Source: Chara braunii (Eukaryota > Plantae > Charophyceae). Taken from it: DNA of 64,000 nt. The first letter of the stretch is position 1. Each line of letters opens with the position of its first letter. Below are positions 13,146 through 22,487 of this stretch, in pieces. The translations under genes were made by a program, and so were the position numbers. The stretch is taken from positions 2,492,313 through 2,556,312 of the forward strand of contig BFEA01000016.1 of the NCBI GenBank assembly GCA_003427395.1, written 5' to 3'. The notes under the pieces are model-generated. The model was not told the origin of the DNA. It worked only from the letters and a program-made list of their open reading frames with translations, and ran no database searches.

Positions 13146-14808
13146 GTAAATGAAAATAATAAAATAAAATAATATCGAACCAGTCAATTGAGGTTGATAA
13201 AGTAAGGGAACTGTGTCAGCCGATGAATTTGAACTTTCACCGTTTGTCAAATCGCTAAACAGGGATCGACCTTAATCACGTCAGCAGGTCCGTCTCTTGA
13301 AAGTGTACTCAGATCCGCCAACTGTTCCAATGTCACGCTCTCGCAAAACCGTTCAGTGGGCTCGTCAATCGACAAACATGTCCTTCTCTGGTTCCATCTG
13401 CCCGATCAGGAGGCAAAGATCGATCCACCTGGGACTTGATTTCAAGCGCACCAACGAACCAATCCATAGACTCGATTTCAGACAGGGCTGGCGTGTCAAT
13501 GTACAAGCTTGATCCCAAGTAAGCCGGCGTGTTGATCCACATACTCTGTTCCTCCAGATAATCTAAGGAGAGTTAATAACCAGTCAGTCCGCTGACTCAA
13601 TTCCAAGCGGTCCAATCAAGAGTAGCAGCGTCGACCCAATGGTTGTGTTCTAGGTAATCAAGGGGGAGTGAATAGACAGTCTGTCCGTTGGCTCAGTTCC
13701 AAGCGGTCCAATCAAGAGTAAGCAGGGTCCAAGCGGCAGACTCAGTTTCAAATGTCCAATCAAGAGTAATCAGCGTCGATCCATTGGCTGTGTTCCAGGT
13801 AATCAACGAAAGTGAATAGACAGTCTGTTCGCTGGCTCAGTTCCTAGCGGTCCAATCAAGAGTAAGCAGCGGCCAAGCGGCGGACTCAGTTTCGAATGCC
13901 CAATTAAGAGTATTCAGCGTCAATCCATTGGTCGTGTTGCAGGTAATCAAGGGGGAGCGAATAGACAGTCTGTCCGCTGGCTCAGTTCCAAGCGGTCCAA
14001 TCAAGAGTAAGCAGGGTCCAAGCGGCAGACTCAGTTTCGAATGTCCAATCAAGNNNNNNNNNNNNNNNNNNNNNNNNNNNNNNNNNNNNNNNNNNNNNNN
14101 NNNNNNNNNNNNNNNNNNNNNNNTGGCTGTGTTCCAGGTAATCAAGGGGGAGTGAATAGACAGTCTGTCCGCTGGCTCAGTTCCAAGCGGTCCAATCAAG
14201 AGTAAGCAGGGTCCAAGCAGCAGACTCGGTTTCGAATGTCCAATCAAGAGTAATCGGCGTCAATCCATTGGCTGTGTTTCAGGTAATCAACGCGAATGAA
14301 TAGACAGTCTGTCCGCTGGCTCAGTTCCGTTAAAAATAAATAAATGAAACAGATACGACACACCGTCTCACTTTTCGCTGGGCCCTCTCACTCCAACACT
14401 CTCACTTTATTACTAGTCATCTTCTCTATCGCTCTCACACGCTTGTTCCCCTCTTCCTTTCACTCACACACTCACTCTCTCACTCACTCACTCTCTCCGT
14501 CCGCAGTCTCTCTCTCTCTCCCTGCACACTCTCTCTCTCTCACTGCGCACTCTCCCTCTCTCTCACTGTGCAGCCTCTCTCTCTCCCAGTGCGCAGTCTG
14601 TACACTCTCATCTCACGCTTCATGACGGCCAGGCTCACGCTCACCCCTTTGATTAGTAGGTGTGTGTCTTTCACCAGATGGAAAAGCAAAGATGAATCTT
14701 CAGTTGGAACATGAAAAGTCTCACCGTGAATCTCTGCGCCTTTAGAGGGTTGTGACAGCGTGTGCACTCACCAATCACGAGTGTGAATGGATCTCCTAAA
14801 AAAACTTG

Positions 14809-14862
<54 letters not shown>

Positions 14863-16149
14863 TATTGTGCCAGCGTGCCAGTTCTCTTTCCCTTGTAGTT
14901 GTCGTGCCAGCAGCGGCACCTTTCGATAGAGCACCGAGCCCAACGGACACGGTCGCTGCGTTCATTGTCGTTGCCTGCCCGTGCGTTGCGGTCCCTCTGG
15001 TCACCTCCGTCCCCGAATGTCCCTGAATCCTTCCTCTAGCCCAGCTATATTCCACTCTCACGGCCTCATCTGTCTCCTACTGTCCGCTGCCGCTGGTCCA
15101 GCCCTCCGGACTTATTAGCACCTTGGCTCAAAAAGTGCTAGGATCGCTAATACCAGTGGCCTCAAGCCCGCAACAACTGTTGGGCCTGCCTTGGAACCAA
15201 GGTTTTTTTTTTGGCTTGGTAATCCAGGAGAGATTGCCCTGCACCAGTACCCGTGTCATGTTCGTTGAGCCGCAATAATCCCTGGCGCAGAAGTTCAACC
15301 AACGACTGTTCCACCGTGGCCAGGCCGTCATGGAGTAACAAAATAAACATATTGAACCGGGGTGGGCCGCGGCAGCACCAGATCAGACCATCCACCGTAC
15401 CAAGCAGCGCGTGCATTGTACCAATTTCGTACCCGCGATCGTGAGAATCTGACCCGGCCGCCGAAATTCGAAAACCAGTCCCGACGACCCGACCGTTGAC
15501 GTAACCAAAGTCCGCGTCATGGTAGTGTTGGGACAAACACCGCTCGATAATCAAGTGTCCACCCGAGTTCCGTACGACAATCAGCACGCCATGGGAACTT
15601 AAAAAAACACGGGTGCCGCACAGTCAATAATTCCCGAGTTATAACAAGGATAAAATTCTAGTAAAACCCGGTAAAATTAGGGGAGGGTTAATAATTAAAT
15701 AAAATCCTCTTTAAATTGGCGCGGAGTAGTAATTAGGCAAATCATGGTTAAGATTGATGAGGGCGGAATCGGACAAAACTTGTTCAATAATAAAATAATC
15801 ACTTGTTTAAATTTCATCATTAAATTAGATAAAATTTTTGGTTTTTTTCTTTGTAAACTGGTCAGCATGAAAAGGACCACGCGAAGGCCTACTAGCTCAT
15901 TCACGTTCCGTGGCTGACCAATTCGAAGACAACCTCAGAACAGATGAAAAAAATAGGCGTCAGGCGCAGTAGACACGGCCGTCCAAGTCACGAAATTTAG
16001 GGGTTAGTACCAGCGGTCGACATAGAGGTTTTCAGAGTTAGTATTAGGACCCAAAATTTTTCCCGACAGCTCTGATGAAAGTGTCGTTCAATTCTTCCTT
16101 ACGCATTTAACCCAAGGCTCAATCCTTGGTTTTTCGGGTGGCCGACTGG
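13146..16149 (+). mobile_element. Dispersed repeat, probable non-autonomous Helitron, copy 1 (5' end unresolved)
   Basis: Collinear with 43970-46956. Similarity stops exactly at ...CCAAGGctcaatCCTTGG...CTGG|T in both copies. Confidence 0.6.
13590..14330. repeat. ~145-bp tandem repeat built from three ~48-bp subunits (contains N-gap)
   Basis: GCTCAGTTCC recurs at 13691, 13835 and 13980. The subunits share AATCAAG. Confidence 0.92.
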
Positions 16150-16163
16150 TTTGCGGCCACCTG

Positions 16164-16536
16164 GCAGACTAGGATTTTAATCACGCAGCGGGTGCTACTA
16201 ACACGTTCCCTTCATGCGACTTGAGCCTGCCCGTGTTATTCACAGTGGTCCCACTGCAGCGCGCCTTGTTAGTAGTGCGCTGCCGGCGAGCTCACACAGA
16301 ATGCTAGGCTAAATGTTCTGTCACCTCACGGATTAGGAGATCAAGGACTTATAAACTAATCGCTTTCGAGTGAAAGTTTTTCCCTGCCGAAGGGCTTGAT
16401 GAAGCCGCTTACCGCCGGTTCTAAAACCCTATATAGCAAGGTTTGGGTTACTTCTCGGCGAAGGTCTGTTCTGTCTCCCTCCCCATACATATGACTACAC
16501 AGATAAGGGCCCACACTTTAGCAAATCACGAACTCA
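16164..16536 (-). repeat. Inverted copy of the 3' internal segment (34973-35345) of the adjacent Gypsy element
   Basis: Reverse-complement match over ~373 bp with scattered substitutions. Confidence 0.93.
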
Positions 16537-17593
16537 GTTGCTGATAGTAAAAGGAAATATGACGAATTCGTATTTGGGATAGTTGGCAAAGTATCAAGGT
16601 TAGCTGAGTTAGCCTCGTGCCCTGTACTGGTAGACTGAGTCAGAGGCTGTCTGTGGTGGGAACTTTCGCCGTTCTGCTCCTATGCCCGGTGAAACAACTA
16701 TGACTTTTATTCATAAAGAAGAAAAGAAAAAAAAAACCTGCATGACTTTCTCTCTTGTAAGAATGACTAGAGACGGGGGCAACTGATGAGGTGGAAGAGA
16801 GAGAGGGAAGCACATGGTGGATAGTAAAGTTTTCTGCAAATGGTGAGTTCCCTGCACGAAAGAGAATGAACTAGTGAAGGGATAATGAGGTGGGTTATGC
16901 TGCATCACCTTGAAAGCAAAAGAAAGGAGGGAATACTCAGCACTCGTGCAAGATGAGACTCCTACAAAATACACCGAACATTACCCAAATCTAGTCAAGT
17001 GAGCAGTGTAACGTGATGCTGTTAAGTGGGCGGCGAATCAGTTAGTGTATAATCAGTTGTTTGATTAAGCATTCCGTCGGAACTCTCAAGTGCCAGGTTC
17101 TAAACTTCTAGTCAGTGAACAGCAATGACATCCAGCAGTTCGTTGTCCATTGTTTAGTAGCTCATCACCCTGCAGGTTTCAAGCAAAACAGTCGGCCCTC
17201 AGATCAGTGCTTAGATCAATATTCGAAACAATACTCTGGACCGTACTCAGAATGGTGCTCAGGCCAATGCTCAGCAATGTTCGGCCCTCAATCAACAATT
17301 AATCTTTCTTTCTTTTCTTTTATTGTATAATTTTTCATCAACCAGTCAACTATCAGACAGCGCTCCGGAAACGGGACTCAGGCAACTAGTCTTAGACAAT
17401 TCGACTCGGTTTCAGACAAATCAAGCTCAGACTGGACTTGAACAACCCTCCACAGACACAGGTGGAAGTCTGACGGGCTGACAAATGTCTCAGCGAGCTC
17501 AAGCTATCTCTCAATTTGAATGATGGCAGGCAAAACCAGTTACACTTGATTTTCAATTTCTGCATACTTAGGTTCAAACACGGCGACGAAAAC

Positions 17594-17839
17594 ATGAAAG
17601 GTAGTGAAGTGCTAACTGTTAAGTGCAGCTCTGTCAGAGATAAGGAGGAGGGATGGGAAAAAGAAGCATACAAAGACATGGAACTACATAGAAAAGTTCA
17701 ACTTGAGCATGCAATTCAGATGGTGAAAGGTGAAGTGTACATTGAGTACGTGATATATTTCTACGGACTCGACGGTGAAATACACAGTATCGGTTCTTCG
17801 CTAGAAAGGGTGGAACAGGCCAGAGCAAAATTCGCTTGA
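17594..17839 (+). CDS. LTR-encoded unknown protein, family X member 1 (81 aa)
   Basis: ATG-to-stop and open in both LTRs (36419..36664). Aligns with X2, X3 and X4. Confidence 0.7.
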   Translation: MKGSEVLTVKCSSVRDKEEGWEKEAYKDMELHRKVQLEHAIQMVKGEVYIEYVIYFYGLDGEIHSIGSSLERVEQARAKFA

Positions 17840-18591
17840 GCTAGTAGTATTCAAACAACCATTTCCAGAGCTCTACCAACATCTAAACAGAAGCTATTTG
17901 CAGTTTCTCCTGCGGTACGAAGACACGAGGATTCACGGTTCAATGTATCAGACTGTGTCCAGTGTATCCGACGACATTCAGTGGATATCAAGAGCGGTAT
18001 TCAGTACCCAGAACTGTACTCTGAACGGCATTCAGAGCAGTTCTCAGGACAGTACCTGGGACGGTACCCGAGACTGTACTCTGAACTGCACCTAGAACTG
18101 TACTCAGAGCAGTTCTCGGNANANTACTTGGAACAACACTCAAAACAAGTACTTTGAACGGTGCTCAAAGTAGCGTTTAATTTGTGGATTCAGTCACTGC
18201 TCAGTCTGGGTTTAATCAGCGAACAGCCAATTCTAACGATGTCAGTCATTCATTAGCAAGTAATCTGTTTCTGGAATAGTAAGCAGCCAGCCTCCGGAGC
18301 AATAAGCAATCAATTTTCAAGACAGCAACGTCAGTTTCCTGATCAGCCGCTACTAAACTTTCGGGTCAGCAATCACTCAGTCTCATAGTCTGCATAAGGA
18401 GACAGCAGTCAGCCATCAGTCCTTAGCAATCAGTCATTGACAATCGGTCATCAGCAATCAGTTAGTAACCGGTTAGCAACTATTCAGCGGCCAACCCAAC
18501 AATTTACCCAATAGCCCTTTCATGCTCAAATCACCCAAAAGTCACCCGTCTCGAGTCCAGTAAGCTGATGTAGGGAGAATTCGGTGAGGAT

Positions 18592-18903
18592 ATGGAGGGC
18601 AGCAACACAATTAGAGTCTCCTGCTCTCTGTATCAGGGCACTGCAGAGACATGGAGGGAGAGTGCAGTTGAGGAATACAATCAGCAGACTACTATGACGA
18701 TGGAACATGCACTGGCCCTCGTGAGGGATCATACTAGAATCGAGTACACATACTACTTGCACGATAAGAACGGCAAACTAAGGGATCATACTAGAATCGA
18801 GTACACATACTATTTGCACGATAAGAACGGCAAACTATGTGCTCCCATAACTTTTGTGGGTACTATTGAGGAAGCAAGGAGCACTGTTGGCAGCCACCAG
18901 TGA
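18592..18903 (+). CDS. LTR-encoded unknown protein, family X member 2
   Basis: ATG-to-stop and open in both LTRs. The 5' copy has an in-frame 57-bp duplication. Gapless alignment with X1 apart from that duplication. Confidence 0.7.
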   Translation: MEGSNTIRVSCSLYQGTAETWRESAVEEYNQQTTMTMEHALALVRDHTRIEYTYYLHDKNGKLRDHTRIEYTYYLHDKNGKLCAPITFVGTIEEARSTVGSHQ

Positions 18904-19028
18904 GCGTTCTGTCTTTGAACAAGAACAACTCGCCTATCCAGACGTTCAGTAATCAATTCAGCAACCAGTTTAGTATTCAGACCAGCGATCAGGTCACAGA
19001 AAGTCAGCAAACAGGAGACACCACACCC

Positions 19029-19610
19029 ATGAGTGCGGTCCAATCATTCCTGGTTAGCGAGGCAGTGCTGACCAATCTCAATCAGATTCCATGCAAAGAG
19101 GCATTCCGCTATCAGTATGCTAGCGTCATTGGTTTCAGACAAGGAGATCTGTCAATCTTCGTTGTCCTGACCAGTTTCGCTAATGGCACTATCTATGATC
19201 TGAGGCTGTATTCAAAGAAGGGCAAGGAGGCTCATGAGCATTTTGATCCGGTCTGGATCTCGACCAACAAATACCTCGAACGGAAGGAGAGGGAGCTCAA
19301 TGAGAGTGGTGCTACACTGATCCGCAGTTTTGCGCCGATGCTTTATACTGACTATCCTAGGCCTCCAGTCCCTTCTCTCCTCACAGATGGCACAACTTGG
19401 CTGGATCTGATTGGCTTGGCGAAGAGGTATATCTCTCCTGCAGTGATCGACGTTGAGGCATTGACCGAGCCCACCGAGTGTCCTTACCTCAGACGAGGGG
19501 TCTTTTCTGTGGACGGACTGCCTACTTTGTGGGAGGAGTTTTGCTCCATGGTCAACTTTCGTGTCATGTACCTCGGATGGTCATGCTCAGAGCTTGCAGG
19601 CTTCAAGTGA
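19029..19610 (+). CDS. LTR-encoded unknown protein, family Y member 1 (193 aa)
   Basis: Intact from ATG 19029 in the 5' LTR. Collinear with Y2 (F.YQY...VVLT.F..G.IYD.R.Y.KKG...PP.P...WL..I). Confidence 0.72.
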   Translation: MSAVQSFLVSEAVLTNLNQIPCKEAFRYQYASVIGFRQGDLSIFVVLTSFANGTIYDLRLYSKKGKEAHEHFDPVWISTNKYLERKERELNESGATLIRSFAPMLYTDYPRPPVPSLLTDGTTWLDLIGLAKRYISPAVIDVEALTEPTECPYLRRGVFSVDGLPTLWEEFCSMVNFRVMYLGWSCSELAGFK

Positions 19611-20166
19611 CTCTTTGTCACGAGGCCTCAATCTCAGATTGTACGTGGGCGTGGATCACGGCACCAGAGACGAACAGTGAAAAGAGAGACCGAGAGAGAC
19701 TGACCAGAGGGATGAGTGAGGACTCTTGAGAGGTGCTGACCATGCTTGTCTATGTGTACTTTCTGAGATTATTATGAGTTCTCATTCATCCTTCATACAT
19801 TTGATCTTGACTTTGCTCGGGTCAGTCTGTCTTGTCTCTTGTATTGTTCTTGTTTTGATGATTGCATTTGTGGACAATTCTGTCACAGTTTTCAAAATCA
19901 GATTGACATATTTGATGTATGCATAGCACCTCATAATTTTTATGTTTATTTATTTGCATGAAGTTCAACTGTTCTGAATCAAAATAAAAGATTCATAAGA
20001 CCGGGGTCCGGCGAAGGGTCTCGCTCGAAGCCGGACGCACACAACAGGAAGGGATTTGCATTATTTAATCTATTTATTTATTGCAATCAGATACAAAATT
20101 ATGCGTAACAACCTGTTGGTTTTCCGGTCGCCCGATGTGGCTCGACTGGAAAAAGTGCGACAAAAA

Positions 20167-20184
20167 TGGCGCCGTTGCCGGGGA
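20167..20184 (+). promoter_or_regulatory. Primer-binding site, tRNA-Asp type
   Basis: TGGCGCCGTTGCCGGGGA, 4 nt after the LTR-terminal CA. This is the PBS known from Athila-like plant Gypsy elements. Confidence 0.88.
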
Positions 20185-20499
20185 CATGAAAATATTTTCG
20201 TGTCCGGAACGAGCCTGGGTCATCATCATCTTTGAGTTTTGATTAGGGTGTGAGAATTGTTGACAACATTGTGAGCTTTCTATTGATCTTATTATTCTGA
20301 TTGAGTCTCGATTCTCCTGAAAGTCACGGCTGCTAACTGTGTCTTATTTCTTTCTTGTGTGAGGTACCACACTGGACTGGAGAAGGAGACTGATATATTG
20401 ACTGGAGAAGGTTTGAATTCAGGTATGCCTCATGAGCCTATGATGTCTTGTGAACACTTAGAATGGAAAGGAAGAATCGAGAGTACGGGGAATTTATTA

Positions 20500-20890
20500 A
20501 GAATGCTAACTTCTGATGCATTGAGAAAACTTTCGAAAGTAACTGCTTAAGGGATATTCCCTTATCAGTATGAGCATTGCTGGGTCTACCGTTCAGGCAA
20601 TTCGGCCATCAGCGTAGTGCTGACTCACTTCTTGGAGGGAGATATTTATGATATTCGTCCCTATGTCAAGAAGGGAGACTGTGATGACGGTGAGACCTTC
20701 AACTGGCTATGAGAAATTGCAATTCAGTCTCTATATGATGAGAAGACATAATTAATTAAACAGGATAAGAAAGTGGAATGGGGTTTAATGTCAGTGACAT
20801 ATGAGACTGTTCTAACTCCTCCCATACCTGACAGCTATTATGATGAGACTAACTGGCTGCCGATAATCAACATGGTATTGACAAAGGGAA
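20500..20890 (+). pseudogene. Family Y member 2 (three in-frame stops)
   Basis: Manual read-through gives GIFPYQYEHCWVYRSGNSAISVVLTHFLEGDIYDIRPYVKKG...TPPIPDSYYDETNWLPII. Confidence 0.8.
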
Positions 20891-20899
20891 AAAAAAACG

Positions 20900-21320
20900 G
20901 TGGTCATGAGAAGTAGAGAGATTTCAGCAGCAGAAATCAGACAGAGGAGGCTGAAATTCGGTAGAGGTTCAAGCCCAAGTCAGGAGGAAATTGAGCGTCT
21001 CCTAAAGTCACTGAACACTCTAAGTAAGAAAGGGGTGTTCTCATTTGAGGTTGTCAGATATGAGATGGTCGAGAGCGGACGGGAGCAGGAACGATTATAT
21101 GTACTGACATTCTGTTTCACAGATCTGGATGTGTATGATGTGAGAATCTATGCAGTATACGGGAAATGCTGGAGGTTTGCTGAAGAGGTAGTATTGAAAG
21201 AGAAAGAGAGGCTAAAGAAAGAGAACAAAAGTTTCACTGGTATGTCATGATAAAGTCCCTCCTTTATCTGATATTAATCTATCTAAAGACAACTGGTATG
21301 TCATGATAAAGTTTGCATGG
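20900..21320 (+). pseudogene. Family Y member 3 (frameshifted C-terminus)
   Basis: GVFSFEVVRYE...YVLTFCFTDLDVYDVRIY, then in a shifted frame PPLSDINLSKDNWYVMI. Confidence 0.7.
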
Positions 21321-21750
21321 AAAGTGAAGAGAGCTCAAGAAGAGTACTCTCAGTAGCCAGGGTGACTACTGTGAGGGGTAAACTCTATGAGGTGATAGGG
21401 TGTGATAATCCTTTTGTGATCCTGAGATATGAGACTTGTGAGAGGGGGACCATAATATTTCACATCCCAGTGGTCAAATTCCTGAGTACAGGCAGCGTGG
21501 ACGTAAGGATTTATGTACCGACAGTTCTAGAAAAGGAAGACGATTGTCTGAAGTATCAGACATGTGCTTATATTAATCTCATACGAATCAAGGAGTGACT
21601 TGAAAAGTTAAAGAGAAAGGTAACCTGGAGGAAAGAAGTAAGACAATTTGAGAGGCTTCCTGAATTCTCAATTACTAAGGGATTTGAAGGCAGGAGAGAC
21701 TGGATGCCTCTATTGGAGGCTATTGCTGAGATCGGTAGAGCAAGAGAAAA
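21317..21750 (+). pseudogene. Family Y member 4 (one in-frame TGA)
   Basis: FVILRYE...VVKFLSTGSVDVRIY. Read-through gives LEKLKRKVTW...DWMPLL, compared with Y2 LIKQDKKVEW...NWLPII. Confidence 0.65.
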
Positions 21751-21867
21751 AAACTCCACTGTGATGATAAAATCCCTACTTTTGAGTACCTTTGAACACA
21801 GATTCGAGATCCCTGATTATGTCCAACATGAGATCTACCTTTCAGATGTTGCTTATTATGATTAGCA

Positions 21868-22158
21868 ATGCCCAGTTTGACTGAACAGCTGACACTAAGA
21901 GTTGTGTTGGAAGGTAGAGTAGTGAACGTAGAGGGGACTCTTCGGATCTCTGACAGAAATCTTTCTACCCTGGATGAGTTTGGGTTTTTACAGCCTTTCT
22001 TAGATCGCATGAGAGATTCTGCTTTGAGAATTATCACGGACCAGACTGAGATAAGCTATCTGTTAAAGGTGGTGAAAGTGAGAAATACTGAGAGAGTATC
22101 ATATCACACTTTTCAGGAACGGGTCTTTCTTGCAAGAAGGATCAACAGTGGGCTGTAA
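21868..22158 (+). CDS. Unknown protein, family X member 3 (96 aa)
   Basis: Intact ATG-TAA; SALRIITDQTEISY...ERVFLARR. Confidence 0.7.
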   Translation: MPSLTEQLTLRVVLEGRVVNVEGTLRISDRNLSTLDEFGFLQPFLDRMRDSALRIITDQTEISYLLKVVKVRNTERVSYHTFQERVFLARRINSGL

Positions 22159-22161
22159 ACG

Positions 22162-22428
22162 ATGCAATTTGATTATGAGATTATAGACCTGACTCGATAT
22201 TTTATGATTCGGGGTACTATAAAGGGATATGATAGAAGACTGAGTAGGGATGATGAGAGAGAGTTGATTGAAAATTACATCGGAAGGCTGAGAAGGATTG
22301 CATTACCCTTGATCACTACCCAATCCATTATTGCTTATACCCTATATGTACAGAACTCTCAAGGGGTAGAGCAGACAAGAGAAGACAGAAACGAGCATGT
22401 ATCTCTTGCGAGAAGAGTGAGAGATTAA
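22162..22428 (+). CDS. Unknown protein, family X member 4 (88 aa)
   Basis: Intact ATG-TAA, 3 nt after X3; IALPLITTQSIIAY...EHVSLARR. Confidence 0.7.
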   Translation: MQFDYEIIDLTRYFMIRGTIKGYDRRLSRDDERELIENYIGRLRRIALPLITTQSIIAYTLYVQNSQGVEQTREDRNEHVSLARRVRD

Positions 22429-22487
22429 AGTGCAGAGAAGAAAAGGATAAGAGTGATAGAAAGAGAAGAGAATATCCGAGAAAGATC

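Larger units (their letters stand above)
16539..20162 (+). repeat. 5' LTR
   Basis: TGCTGATAG...GTGCGACA; direct repeat of 35374-38916; followed by the PBS. Confidence 0.92.

Noticed and set aside
13590-14330. CRISPR-like array (recurring TCCAATCAAGAGTA)
   Set aside because: The intervening sequences repeat with a 145-bp period, so they are not unique spacers. No cas genes are present and the context is eukaryotic.
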